From Octopus sinensis (taxonomy: Eukaryota), in NCBI RefSeq assembly GCF_006345805.1, contig NC_043004.1, positions 62,868,001 to 62,932,000 on the forward strand: a stretch of DNA of 64,000 nucleotides, written 5' to 3'. A program made the position numbers and the translations under genes. Positions 12,343 to 25,264 of this stretch are shown here, in pieces. Numbering within the stretch: the first letter of the stretch is position 1; each line of letters begins with the position of its first letter. Under the pieces are notes generated by a model, which saw nothing but the letters and a program-made list of their open reading frames with translations, did not search any database and had not been told where the DNA came from.

Positions 12343-12423
12343 ATATATACTAGCAGTATAACCCAACTTTGCTTGGGATTATATATATATACTAGCGGTA
12401 TAACCCGACTTTGCCTGGGATTA
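12277..12423. repeat. Three copies of a ~33-bp unit (one inverted, two direct) separated by (TA)n; resembles Helentron/HINE termini
   Basis: TACTAGC(A/G)GTATAACCC(A/G)ACTTTGC(T/C)TGGGAT at 12348 and 12390; reverse complement at 12277-12310. Confidence 0.7.
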
Positions 12424-12441
12424 TATATATATATATATATA

Positions 12442-12842
12442 CAGGATTGGCTGTGTGGTAAGTAGCTTGTTTACCAACCACATGGTTCTCGTTTCAGTCC
12501 CACCGCGTGGCACCTTGGGCAAGTGTCTTCTGCTATAGCCTCGGGCCGACCAAAGCCTTGTGAGTGGATTTGGTAGACGGAAACTGAAAGAATCCCGTCG
12601 TATATATGTATATATATGTGTGCGTATATGTTTGTGTTTGTCCCCCTAGCATTGCTTGACAACCGATGCTGGTGTGTTTATGTCCCCGTTACTTAGCGGT
12701 TCGGCAAGAGAGACCGATAGAATAAGTACTGGGCTTACAAAGAATAAGTCCCGGGGTCGAGTTGCTTGATTAAAGGCGGTGCTCCAGCATGGCCGCAGTC
12801 AAATGACTGAAACAAGTAATAGAATAAAAGAATAAAAGAATA
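12442..12842 (+). mobile_element. Full-length tRNA-derived SINE (family 1) with internal (TA/TG)n
   Basis: Box A TGGCTGTGTGGT, B-like TTTCAGTCCC, body GCCTCGGGCCGACCAAAGCCTTGTGAGTGG, tail GGCGGTGCTCCAGCATGGCCGCAGTC...(AAGAATA)n. Shared with copies at 16483, 30765 and 51030. Confidence 0.9.
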
Positions 12843-13279
12843 TATATATGTATTAATAATAATAAAAAAGAGAATGAAAACTTGCACATCCATAAATTTA
12901 TACCGCATATTACAGTGACCTACAAGTGTTTCAACTGCACCAGAAACTGCACCGACGATATTGCAAAGTTGGATCTATAGCATTATGAAGGGTTGTGGTG
13001 GAAACACGTATAGATCTTTGTAATATGCTGTATATACCTTTAAAAAAATATTTGGATGACAAGATTCTATATAGGTTATCATTATCAATAGTAATATAAT
13101 TTTTGCTCCAGAGAACATTATAACATTTGAATTAGTTTATTGGAATATGCAAATAAACTTCTATATTCTTATGCCGGTCATAGTCTAATGATGCTAACTC
13201 GTGAAATGAGTAATGATTATTACCGCACACTTATCACCTTTTAGGATGATGGAGTTGTGGCTTTTAAATGTTAATACAC

Positions 13280-13396
13280 CTAGCTTTTCTTGACTCAGAC
13301 GATGTTTTTCTTTTCCATTTACGGGCAATTCTGTTCTGGTGGGGACGGAAGGCATTTTAGTTACTAAATTCAAAAGGGCCACTCCATAAATGGAGT
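13280..13396 (-). CDS. Candidate 117-nt phase 1-1 exon (uncertain; needs unseen partner exons)
   Basis: cactttag|AC...CTAG|GTGTAT. Open frame DSIYGVALLNLVTKMPSVPTRTELPVNGKEKHRLSQEKL; the other two frames contain stops. Confidence 0.25.
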
Positions 13397-14906
13397 CTAA
13401 AGTGCCAAATTTCTGAGGCGTTACCAAAGGCTATATGTACATCGTGATTGGGAATCGACTGTAGATACGCTTTTGCTAAAACAGGACGAGTAGTGTGTCC
13501 TTGTTTCATGTCTTTTTGGGTTTCGTTGTGTATTCGTAGGTATCGAACCTTTCATGTTTTCCGTCTGTAATATATTGCATATAGTGTCTGTTTTATTCCC
13601 ATCCACTATTATACATATTAAACCATACCGGAATATTTGAGACTGCTAGTCACTAACCGTGGATTTCTTAACCATGAGGTATATTTGTTTGTTTTTTATG
13701 TCTTTCACTTTGTCAGTTTTTATTTTATTCTTACTCGTTTTTTACTGATATTTGTCCATTTAGGGCATTTGGAATTATGAGAAGGCGTTTGTCTTTTATG
13801 TCTTGTGTTTGCCTCTGCGAGTGACATTTTTTATCCCTGTAGCGTATACGTTGTTAGTTTGCGTTTGAAATGATCTTCAGGTTATCTCCGCATAAGCCCG
13901 TGCACGTCGGGTAGACTGATGTCTTTGTATGGCAAGTTTGGGAGAGATTTCCACGTTTTTCTTTAAAGAATTTCTTTTCTTCGTTGTTTTGCTTTCATAA
14001 TTGATTTTATTTTTGAATAGTTATTAGATAATTAATGAACCATTTTTGTTTTTTCCACTGGAAAAATACACTTATGCAACCAACACAAAACGCCCACATA
14101 CTCTCTCACATACATATGCTTAAATATGCATGCACATACGTTTAACTTTGCAAAACAATTTTCATAGAGTCTATTTACTACAAGTGGATAACATGACAGC
14201 TGGCAAAAAGAAATCAAAATGGAAATTAAGCCTCTTGAAATGTTTTCTATTACAACCAACAAACAAAAGGATTCCTAGCTCTCTCTTCTTTTTACCGTCT
14301 TTCATTCATATCAGTTCTTTCTGCTTTGCCTTTTTTCTGTTGTGCTTTTTCTTCCGCTTATAAAACTTAAAAAATCCAACACATACACGCATAAGCAGAA
14401 AGATGAACACACACACACGCAAGAGCCCATAGAGAAACACACACACACAAAAGCACAGAGAGAAAACCAAACACACACACATACATATACATACATATAT
14501 ATTTATTCCTTGTGTTGTATGTCTTGTACTCTGTTTTTTCGTTGTTTAAAAAAAATAACGTTTCCATGGTTTTGTTTTTATGTTTTCTTTTCTCATTGTG
14601 TTCGACGTTTTTTTTTTGTCAAGTACCCTTATATGCATGTATATATACATATAGATGTAGGTACGTACATATATATATATGTATACAGGCATATGTTTGA
14701 TCTATTATTTTGTTATATATATATATATGTTTGTTTTGCAAAATAGTGGTTTTGTCTCTAATTAATATTATATAATATTTTACTATAAAATTGGATCTAA
14801 TCCTAAATCTGATTTTTTTCCCTGTAAATTTGGATTTATTCCCTAATATTTATTATTATTATATATATATATATTATATATATATATATTATATATATAT
14901 ATATGT

Positions 14907-14937
<31 letters not shown>

Positions 14938-15280
14938 GAGAGAGAGAGAGAGAGAGAGATGTTTGAAATAGCAACGGATGTTCCCGAATCAATTCCAGGT
15001 TGTTTTCCACATCCTCACATATGTAAGAAAAAATATTTCTATAGAAAAAAACATCTTTGTTGAGTATTTGTAAGGATATGAAAACATTATATAGCAAATT
15101 ATCCAAAATACTGATTCTAACTATCGCCTTTTTCTTAATATATAAAGCCTATACCACTTCAAACTATCTATACATATATACACACATATATACATACATG
15201 CATACATACATGATTTCATACTCAAACACACAAAGACATACATAGACACAAGCACGCAAACACACACATACAAAGATATA

Positions 15281-15538
15281 TATTCTTTCAGTCCTTTATT
15301 CTTATTTCTCAGTCATCTTGACAGCGGTCATGCTGGGGCACTACCGCAAGTCAAACAAATCAACCCCAGAACATATTCCTTCTCAGCCTAGTAATTATTC
15401 TATCGGTTAGTTTTGCGGAATCGCCTAGTTACGGGCACGTGAACACACCAGCATCTGTTATCAAACGATATTGGGATACAAACACAGGCACACAAACATA
15501 TGCACACACAAATATACAGACACAAAAATATATATACC

Positions 15539-15603
<65 letters not shown>

Positions 15604-15718
15604 AGGGATGACCACTAGGTGGGCATCCAATATGCTAACTGTAGACCCCCATATGATCTTACCACTAAGAAATAATGTTCTCGAGAAAATTCGGTAAACT
15701 AAACGTTTATATATATAT

Positions 15719-15769
<51 letters not shown>

Positions 15770-15932
15770 GACGGGCTTCTTTCAGTTTCCGTGTATCAAA
15801 TCCGCTCACAAGACTTTCGTCGGACCTAGGTTTTAGTAGAAGACACTTGCCCAACATGCCACAAAGTGAGCCTGAACCCGGTACTATTTGGTTGGTAAGG
15901 AAGCTAAGTACCACACAGCCACTCCTGCGCCT
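15281..15932 (-). mobile_element. Family 1 SINE split by an expanded internal microsatellite/insert
   Basis: 5' half at 15769-15932 and diverged 3' half at 15281-15485 are in the same orientation, separated by (TA)n tracts. Confidence 0.75.
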
Positions 15933-16482
15933 ATGTGAAGTGATTTTATATATACAGAGCCATACAAATTCTACATCTATATGATGTTTGTTTACACCTA
16001 CATAATCGTCTCTCTACGTGTATGTGTGTGTCGTGTGTGTGTGTGCGTTCGTGTATGTGCGTGGGTGTGTGTGAGCGTGGCGTGTGCATATGTGCGTGTC
16101 GTTTTCACCGAGTTGTATTAATCGCATTTAATTGAATTTTACCTAAACTTTCAGCTGAAAACTAACGTTAGAACGTGTGACAATTTCAAAATATGCACCC
16201 TAAGTTCCTTTTATTATCTTGTTAGTAAATCGTTTTCTTTCAGTAAAAAATGTCCTCTTAATCTTTGTAACAGTATGAGAATATTAAAATTCTATCGAAT
16301 TGTTGATTATTAATGCTTTATGTTAGAGTCTTTTTTATCTGCTAGGACGGTGCGATTGATGTCATTGGCGTCACTTTTGAATATCAACTGCAATGAGCTG
16401 ACAGCAGACAATATATATTGATTAGCATATGTCGAGAAAAGTAGAAAATCAAGTGTAGTAAACAGAGAGAAATTGTAAAGAT

Positions 16483-16860
16483 AGGCGCAGGAGTGACTGT
16501 GTGGTAAGTAGCTTGTTTACCAACCACATGATTCCGGGTTCAGTCCCACTGTGTTGCACCTTGGACAAGTATCTTCTACTATAGCCTCGGGCCGACCAAA
16601 GCCTTGTGAGTGGATTTGGTAGACGGAAACTGAAAGAATCCCGTCGTATATATGTATATATGTATATGCGTGTGTGTGTTTGTGTGTCTGTGTTTGTCCC
16701 CCTAGCATTGCTTGACAACCGATGCTGGTGTGTTTATGTCCCCGTTACTTAGCGGTTCGGCAAAAGAGACCGATAGAATAAGTACAAAAGAATAAGTCCC
16801 GGGGTCGAGTTGCTCGATTAAAAAGGCGGTGATCAAATGACTGAAACAAGTAAAAAAGAG
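16483..16860 (+). mobile_element. Family 1 SINE, near full length
   Basis: Highly similar to 12442-12842, with a short deletion in the tail. Confidence 0.9.
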
Positions 16861-17293
16861 TATATGAAGATAATATGGGTCCAATCACCTTTAAAGTCCA
16901 GGGACAGTTATAGTAGTAGTGGTAGGAATAGAGCAGAAATACCGTATACCAACAGACCAGAAGCTACAGCTTAAATGTGGGTAACTTGAAACCAATATTT
17001 CGAGAATTTCTCCTCCTATAAACTGTCTATGATGTCAGTGTGCGCGGGAGAGTGTGTATATACCCCCCAGCATTGTTCAAGATATGCAAACACTGTGCTA
17101 TTGTGGACTTCACCTGAGTTTCTAGAACATCGGTAATTCAACGAGAGGATTATTATTTTGAGGCTGTTAAGTGAAGAACCAGCAGTTCGGAATGATCTTA
17201 GCTGGGTTATAATCGCATCCTTTGCAAGAGACTGCCGGGTTGTTTTTATCTGCGTGTTGTCACTATTCTCGATGTCATGAAACGCCTAATATA

Positions 17294-18436
17294 TCAGGCT
17301 GAGTTAAAAGTAAACGACGTTTTGAAACATGAAATTCATCAAAATGCGGAAATTTGTATTCATCAAATAAGTACCATTACAATCAATACATTTTGCCAAC
17401 GAGTTACAAGTTTGTTTATTTCGGTAATATAAAAACCTGTAGTTCTAGAGCTGATGAACGCTTTGAACGCAGTTTCAGAATCGCTTTGATTTTTGAATTC
17501 CTCCTCTTGCAGGGAACCATCAAAGTCCTTGAAAAAGTGGTAGTTGGTAGGAGAAAGATCTGGGGAATAAGCTGGGTGGGGGAGAACTTCGTAGTCAAGT
17601 TCCCTCAACTTCTGGAGCGTCATTAATGAAACGTGTGATCGAGCACTGTCATGAAGAATGATTAACCCTCTTATGGTGACCAGTCTGGGACGGAGGAGAA
17701 ACAGTTTTTCGTTCATTTTGACAATATATTTCTGCAGCAATGGTTTTTCCGGGTTTTAAAAAGTTATAGTGGATGAGTCCAGCAGTAGACCACCAAACAG
17801 TCACCATAACCTTCATTTTAAAGATCACGGGTTTAGGGAAGGTTTTTGGTGCTTCAGTTTGGTTCAACCACTGCGAAGAGCTTCTTTATTATTGTACATA
17901 ATCCACATTTCATCGACATTTACAATAGTCGAAAAATGTATCAGTCCGGTTACGGAGAAGATGCGACTAGGAAATTTCATATCTGCGCATTTTCTGATCT
18001 TCATCCAAATCGTGTGGTACTCATTTGTCGAGCATTTTTCCGATCACATGAAAACGGCTGCAGACAGTCTTCTAGCTAACTTCAACATCCAGATCTCCCC
18101 TACGAAATCGTTTAAAACATTTTCGAGCTGACCAATCACTGGTCATTTCCTCGCCAAACGTGCCTTTGATATCTAGAGCAGTTTCAGCTGATTTCCTTGT
18201 TAGAAGTATGATAGCAAAATTGCTCGAGTATCGCACTTTGACAGGTCCATTTCAGATGATTGTAACAACAGGGTAAAAAATTACAATGTTAATTTATTGA
18301 TGCATTTGATCAAGTTTGCTCTGTATTATCAGATAATTTCAGAAAAAAAAAATATTTAAAAAAAATTCAAAACTCTGTAAAGTCCGGTACACATTCTTCA
18401 TAGTTCAAAACGTTGCTTACTTAGTACTTAATCTGA
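17294..18436 (-). mobile_element. Decayed mariner (Tc1/mariner DD34D) transposon with both TIRs
   Basis: VMVTVWWS, LHDSARSH (HDNA) and HPAYSPDLSPTNYHFF motifs. Imperfect ~39-bp TIRs TCAGGCTGAGTTAAAAGTAAACGACGTTTTGAAACATGA at left and the matching reverse complement at 18398-18436. Confidence 0.9.
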
Positions 18437-19077
18437 AATACTGACCTGAAGATAGTTCGCTCTGTAAGTGTCATTAATTGAAATGTGTTTAAAATATTTA
18501 CACGTATGTTGTTTCCTATACGCATACTCGGACAATTATTTTATTGCATATGGTTAGTTCAAATTTTCTGAGTTGTTTCTACTTACACAATTGACCTGAA
18601 TTAACTACGTAGTTTATCACATTATGCAGAATACGAGTGTAATTTTAAGTTATTTACAATTGTGTATCGTACTGTAATTAGGATATCATTTATTTAACTT
18701 AACGCTCACTTGATATTTGTTGAGGAATGAAAAATTAAATTAATACGACATATGTTGCCAAATTTGAATACAAAATATTACAAATATAGTAATTTTCTGA
18801 TATGAAGATGTCATGGAAAATGGTTATAAAAATCTGTATATTGAGCAAATTATTCCTTGTTAAATATGCGTAGGCTTCAAATATACAACTTATTATCATA
18901 TACTATACTATACTAAAAATAACAAACATATGCTATCCAGATTTAGATAATGTGGAAACGAAATTATCGTAGATCCTGCGTTTTATACCAGGCTCTATCT
19001 GTAATTGAGGATGCTGTATTTACATATATATAGAAACACACACGCACACTCATATGAATGTGTGTGTGAGTATGCCA

Positions 19078-19128
<51 letters not shown>

Positions 19129-20251
19129 ATATAATATATATATATATGTATGTATGTATGTATATATATTGTATAAATGGTATTGTATGTGGTTATGCAT
19201 ACGAGTTTATCCCTAAGATACCCTTAAACTGTGATTCGTAGAGAGAGACGAATTCGATTTTCGAATTCGGATAGAGAAGGCTGTCCGTAAATAGGAATCA
19301 ACAAATATAATTTGCTTCGAGAAATACCTCAAGATATCTCCCGCATTCTATCTGTTACCATGACGATCTCTCTATTTTATGCCTTACCAACTCTCTATAT
19401 ATGTACGATACGCTTGATCAGTCTGTATATGAATTGTCTCACACGAATCTTCTACCTCCTCTTCATTTTGCTTGGGAATTTTTCCTGTAATGTTTATCTT
19501 AATTTTATGATACTCAAATATTACCTACAAAATGTGTGTGTGTACGTGTGTATGTGCGTAAAGAATTTCTTTAGGCCACAGATTGGCTTAAAAATGGGAG
19601 TGTAAAAATATATATATCGCCTTACTTTTCTGTTAGTATGTTGATTTTGCTAACCATAAACGCACACACGAGTGCAAATATAGTGCTTCACGCTTGATGC
19701 GGTGAAGTGGTTAAAAATTTTAGATTTTTTATGTTATCGCTATTGCTTCTTAAATCCCAGTAATCAGCCACACCTGGGCTAACAGTTACTTCCGCATCAT
19801 GATTCCCAAAAATTTTTTATGAGGAGAAAATATTGAAAAATATCAATACATGTGGAAGCGACAAAGGAAATAAGGAGGTACTAGGTTGTCGTTAGATGTG
19901 TTAAAAATAACAGCTAAATCTCCCTTAAATCAAAGAACTTTTAGTTTGAAAATCATTTTGAAATAATAAACAAAATCAATTTGTAGACTCGGTCTATGCG
20001 TATTATAACCTATAATTTAAAAGAATTCCGAAAGAAAATTAAAATTTTAGTATATAGTGTGTGGGGATGGGGTTAATGAAAAACGTTTTAAAAATCACTA
20101 TTATTTTTTTTTATTATTTCAATTTCTGTTTGAAATAAAGGAAGTGATGATTGTAATAGTTACCAGCAACTTCGAACTCTTTTTCTTTAATCGACAAGAC
20201 CTTTCCCAGCGTTTCTAAGTAAATAGTGCCCTACAAAGTTGGCCAAAATCG

Positions 20252-20288
20252 GTACTGGCTGGGGGTCTGGAGGAAACCCAGCCAGTAC
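20252..20288. repeat. 12-bp GC-rich stem-loop followed by T-run, probable Helentron/HINE-type 3' hairpin
   Basis: GTACTGGCTGGG-13 nt-CCCAGCCAGTAC then TTTTATTATT, preceded by AAGTTGGCCAAAATCGG. Confidence 0.5.
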
Positions 20289-21070
20289 TTTATTATTTCT
20301 ATACATTGAAGAAATTCTTCTCGCAATACACTATATATCCCTGAACATAGTTTACGTGTAAACATGTATAACTGTATTTCGAATAGTATAATATCGTTGA
20401 AATATCTATATTACTTTCAGTCAGTTCGTCGAAAAGCAATGGGGTAACATGCGATGCATTGACATTCATGGCGGGTTGTTGGTTACATTTGGGACATAAG
20501 TGGAAACCGTTACATGATATCGATATTATGTCGTATTATATCATTCCTAGAATGTACCAGAAACCAAGAAGTGTAATAAGCCAAATACAAACAAAAATCA
20601 CAGAATATATGTTTTAATTCCTTTGTGCGTTTTAATACAAAAAACATTGCAGAAAAGAACTGGCGAAAATCAGAAGGCATTTTGTTTAATGCAAATGTAA
20701 TATTAAAACTTTGTCAAGTTTGTGTCTCTGAAACAATTACAATAAAGCATATCACAATTCATTTTTTTCCCATTCACACAAGCAATGCTGTAGAAATACA
20801 ACATTATTTCTGCTCATTCCAATTTCGTAGAAATACAACACTATTTCTGTTCATTTCCAATTTCGTAAAAGTTCCAAAGATATTTCCCATGTTGAGTGGG
20901 GGTAAATTTATTCTCTTTCTGTCTTGTAAGCAGCTACAGATCTGTGCTTATATTGTCCACAGACACGCTTGAAACGTTTGCTGACTCATTTCTATGAAGA
21001 GAAAGTAAACAAAAGGCAACATTAAATTGTGTGTACATATTTGTATGTGTATATATATGTGTGTGTGCGT

Positions 21071-21138
<68 letters not shown>

Positions 21139-21188
21139 ACTTAAGAAAGGAAATGTGCACGCTTACATAGTTTTAATATAATTTTAAT

Positions 21189-21223
21189 ATATCGACCGGT
21201 TTCGCTATCGCTATTCATGATAT
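21189..21223 (-). ncRNA. Minimal hammerhead ribozyme-like motif with A3-U8 covariant core
   Basis: ATATC-ATGAATA-GC(GATA)GC-GAAA-CCG-GTC-GATAT: 5-bp stem I, palindromic ACCGGT stem III, GUC triplet, directly 3' of a PLE tail. Confidence 0.72.
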
Positions 21224-21229
21224 TATGTT

Positions 21230-21880
21230 TTACTTATTTGAATATATATTTTTTCTTAAGAAGAAATTTGGTCCATATTGTGTGTGATGAAATTCACGAG
21301 TGAATAACTTGACAAGTAGATAAATAGAGGGAGGTAATTGGTTGTCGTTATTATTGTTATTGTTGTGGCTAAGGAAGATAACTGTGCAGCTTTCGGTAAT
21401 GGGTAAGATTATATATGTGTACAGACAGAGACAAGTTTCAAAAACCTTGTTTAGTAGGGGGTTTATGTACAGTGATGTAATCGTGAATTGAAATATGTAG
21501 AAAGATAAAAGTTGGTTATGAGTGCATATTAAGACGTGTTTTATATTTTTCAATGTTAAAAGTTTCTTTATTTAAACGTTGTAGTTGAGAGATTGTGTCT
21601 TTGCACTAGTAGAAAGGGAAGGCTGTGAAATTTGGTTTGATGTTACCTGCACATTTTTCTATATGTTCATTGAGAGGAATTTGTCTGTATTGCGGGAAAC
21701 GGATTTGCTCATGTAGAGTGGTTCTCTTTCTCAAGGTCATACTCGTTTGTCCAATATAGTGGTGTCCGCAACCCGAGCTCGTGTTATATATATATATATG
21801 TATATATATGTATGTATATATAGGGGTGAGAAGACAAACGACATACGGGTACACAACATAATTATTGGAAGTCACATGTA
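21230..21880 (-). mobile_element. Penelope-like element 3' fragment (GIY-YIG endonuclease + AT-rich tail)
   Basis: GCGHHYIGQTSMTLRKRTTLH...EHIEKC; the domain is interrupted by (TA)n. Confidence 0.8.
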
Positions 21881-22630
21881 CGGATCAAAACAGTTTGATT
21901 CGAACGCCTTGGTAATCTGAGCTTCAAGCGTGACGCTAATCTTCGACCATTAGAGACTGAATGAGAGTTTAGTTGAAGACATTCAATGCTTTTTACAGAA
22001 CGTGAGCCTACAACTTCGAGAAAGATCACGCTTTGTCGCAATTTGATGTTGGTATTTCAGCGACAAGAAATACTTGGAAAATACCGGATTGTGAACAGGA
22101 AATTCACTGCGGGGATGACAGGAAGTCGGTCGCATGGCTGGGCAAGGAAAGTTGGAAGTGGCAGTAGATGTAGGAATATATTCGAACATATGTACCTATA
22201 TATACCAATATATCTGCGTGTATGTGTCCGTACTTACACACAGTCACACACATGCACAACCGCATCCACACAGAAGAACGCACACACGGGTGCACATGCA
22301 TATGGGCACCCACGTGCGTACATGCACCCCTGTATACACACATTCATACGCATGCATATAGAGAGAAGATGCATAGGCACACACACATGTACGTGCCTAC
22401 ATATATACTCCGGTAGTTGTGTATAAAGGATGAGCGTATGCAGGTAGACAGGCATGAAGAAGTGTTCGAAATGTGTGATTTGCAGTGTTGTTCATGGGTG
22501 ATAGTTGTTGATGGTGACCTTGTGGCAGGCGGTGCAGTAGTGGCTGCTACTAATGAGGTATATCCGGGTCGTTGGTGACCACCGACTCGAAATTTACCAG
22601 AAAGCTGTACCCCCGTGACAACTGTACGAT

Positions 22631-22862
22631 ACCTATTTCTTTATTACCCACAAGGGGCTAAACACAGAGAGGACAAACAAGGAAAGACATAGGTATTAAG
22701 TCGATTACATCGACCCCAGTGCGTAACTCGTACTTAATTTATCGACCCCGAAAGGATGAAAGGTAAAGTCGACCTCGGCGGAATTTGAACTCACAACGTA
22801 ACGGCAAACGAAATACCGCTAAGCATTTCGCCCGGCGCCCTAACGATTCTACCAGCTCACCG
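22631..22862 (-). mobile_element. tRNA-derived SINE (family 2)
   Basis: Minus strand GAGCTGGTAGAATCGTTAG (box A), GAGTTCAAATTCC (box B), core GTCGACTTTACCTTTCATCCTTTCGGGGTCGATAAATTAAGTAC; core also at 48590. Confidence 0.85.
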
Positions 22863-23265
22863 CGATACCACCGACAACCCGGAATTATACACTCTTATAA
22901 ATACGGACGAATACAATCAGATATATGGGTATATACACGTACACATATAAACGAATATACTCCCACGTAATCGATTAACCAGCCACCACGCGGTCAATTT
23001 CCTGTTCACCAAGCGGTGTTTTTCGAGTAGTTGTTATTAGCAGCATCAAACTGCATCACTGTGTGACCTCACCCAAGCAATCGTATGCTAACATCCAGTA
23101 ATAAACTTTAACTGCCTTCAGTCAAACTCTCATTCAGCCTCCAATGACTGAAGATTAGCGTCATATTAGAAACTCATATTACCAAGAATCTGAATGAATA
23201 TGATGCTGTCACTAATCTACTACACTTGCTACTACTACAATTAATAATAATAATAATCATGATGA

Positions 23266-23340
<75 letters not shown>

Positions 23341-23350
23341 TAATAATAAA

Positions 23351-23640
23351 ATAGAGGTAACCAGAATGTGGAAACTAAAAACAGAAACAATTCCTATCAT
23401 AGTAGGTGCATTAGGCATGATAAAACATATTCAGACAAATACATAACAAAAACACCAGGACTTACAAACACATATAACATACAGAAAATTGCACTACTAG
23501 GCACTGCACACATCCTACGCAGAACACTTTCCATACAATAGCCATCAGAGCATCACAACAAATCACAGCACATACCCAAGGCACACAGAGCTGTGGTCGG
23601 TAGTGAAGTGAAAGTACGCTATAAAAATAAAACTACTGAA
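23351..23640 (+). mobile_element. Dong/R4-type LINE 3' end embedded in (TAA)n
   Basis: IEVTRMWKLKTETIPIIVGALGMIK...IQKIALLGTAHILRRTLSIQ*, with 3' UTR, flanked on both sides by long TAA arrays. Confidence 0.85.
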
Positions 23641-23642
23641 TG

Positions 23643-23687
<45 letters not shown>

Positions 23688-23699
23688 TATTATTATTAA

Positions 23700-24160
23700 A
23701 TATTCTGAAATATTCTGCTCAATACCACAGATTTGCTTGTCAGTTTTTTGCCCTTAATCAGTTGACCATGTCCTTTAGTGGCTGATGATATGTGCATCTC
23801 TGATCATGAGCAGAAGAAATGGGGAAGCTTCATAGCCGTGTGTTGAGAGGAATTCTTGGAGGTTTGGATAATTCACCTTTGGAAACATAGGTGTTTTGTT
23901 CAACATCCTTAAACAATCCTTATTCAGCGACCTTTTTGAGCGGGATGGGCTACTCGACCAGAAGAAAATTCTAACTGGGCCCCACCTGCAAGGTCATGCG
24001 CTGTTTATCTTGATATGGGATCACCATGTCACGCACATTTGGTTGTGATGCATGTGCCTGGTGTACACCTATCGGATGGATAGTCATCATGGGTATACTG
24101 GGCTTCGTATATTTTACCCCAGTGTCACTTTGATGGCATGCACTGCTCTCTCACTCAATA
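23700..24160 (+). repeat. Unclassified interspersed repeat ending in (AAT)n
   Basis: GC-richer block bounded by TAA tracts, no recognisable ORF. Possibly a UTR of an RLE LINE. Confidence 0.3.
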
Positions 24161-25198
24161 ATAATGATAATAGTATAGTTTCAAGTTCTAGCACAAGCTC
24201 TGAAATTGGGGTAAGTGGTAGTCGATTACATCGACGACAGTGCTCCGCTTGATCTTATTTTATCAATCCCAAACGTATGCTTCGAGGAAGATTGTAATTT
24301 CGATTTCTGGACCACCAGGGGTTGCGTTACGTTCCTTAGTAAGTGAAACCGTTTGCGAAACCGACTTTTTTCCCCCGAGTTTCAGATATTTGTCCAGCTA
24401 AACTTATATAAGTCTTTGGGTTTGTATCTGTGTGTATAACTGTGTACGCGTATGTATTTCACATGGTTTAAACTAGGTTAGATCATATCACGTGAAATGC
24501 TCCACTAGTTACCCATTCCCACTCAATCAGTTCCAGAAATAATATGTATAAAGTCCAGAATAAAATATTGCATGGAAAACATATCTGAATCAATTGAGTC
24601 CCAGTTTTAAAGAGGAGTGTTCAATGTTGCGAGTCTTTCGTAAGCCACGCGATTAATTTGTAGGCAGGAACATGATCTGTGATTTACAAATTCATGAAGA
24701 AATAACTGAAAATACATATTAGTATATTAGAGCCACTGCATCTCTAAAAATAGCAACCACCTGTAGCTTAGCCAGTAGGATAGACAATAAATAGGACAAA
24801 AAGAAATCTTCCATTAATTTCATTCAAATGCAGTTTTTGAAATCTATGAATTACCTGGTCGTTTGTTGCCATTTCCGGTTTAGTCTTACTAGGGAAGATT
24901 ATCCTATAATATTATTAAGACATGACTTTGGATATTAACTGAATCAGATATTTTGTTCTGACATAGAAAAATTAAAATAAATCGACGTCAGCTTAAATTA
25001 TGTGTAAGACCTCCTTATTCAGCATTTGTTCATTACTTTATTTCAAACTATCAATTGACAGATGGTTTAGAAATTTGTGGAAGCTATTTTCGCAGCAAAA
25101 TCTAGTATCTCTTTTACAAATTAAGTTTTATCAGTTTCCTTTCCAACTTAATAATACAAACACACACACACACACATACACAAACACACGCACGCACA

Positions 25199-25264
<66 letters not shown>

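Noticed and set aside
13740-14000. Another PLE GIY-YIG fragment on the minus strand
   Set aside because: Only vague similarity across broken frames, not supportable by eye.
23794-23825. CTGATGA motif as a hammerhead core (also at ~51832 and ~55069)
   Set aside because: No stem II followed by GAAA and no stem I pairing.
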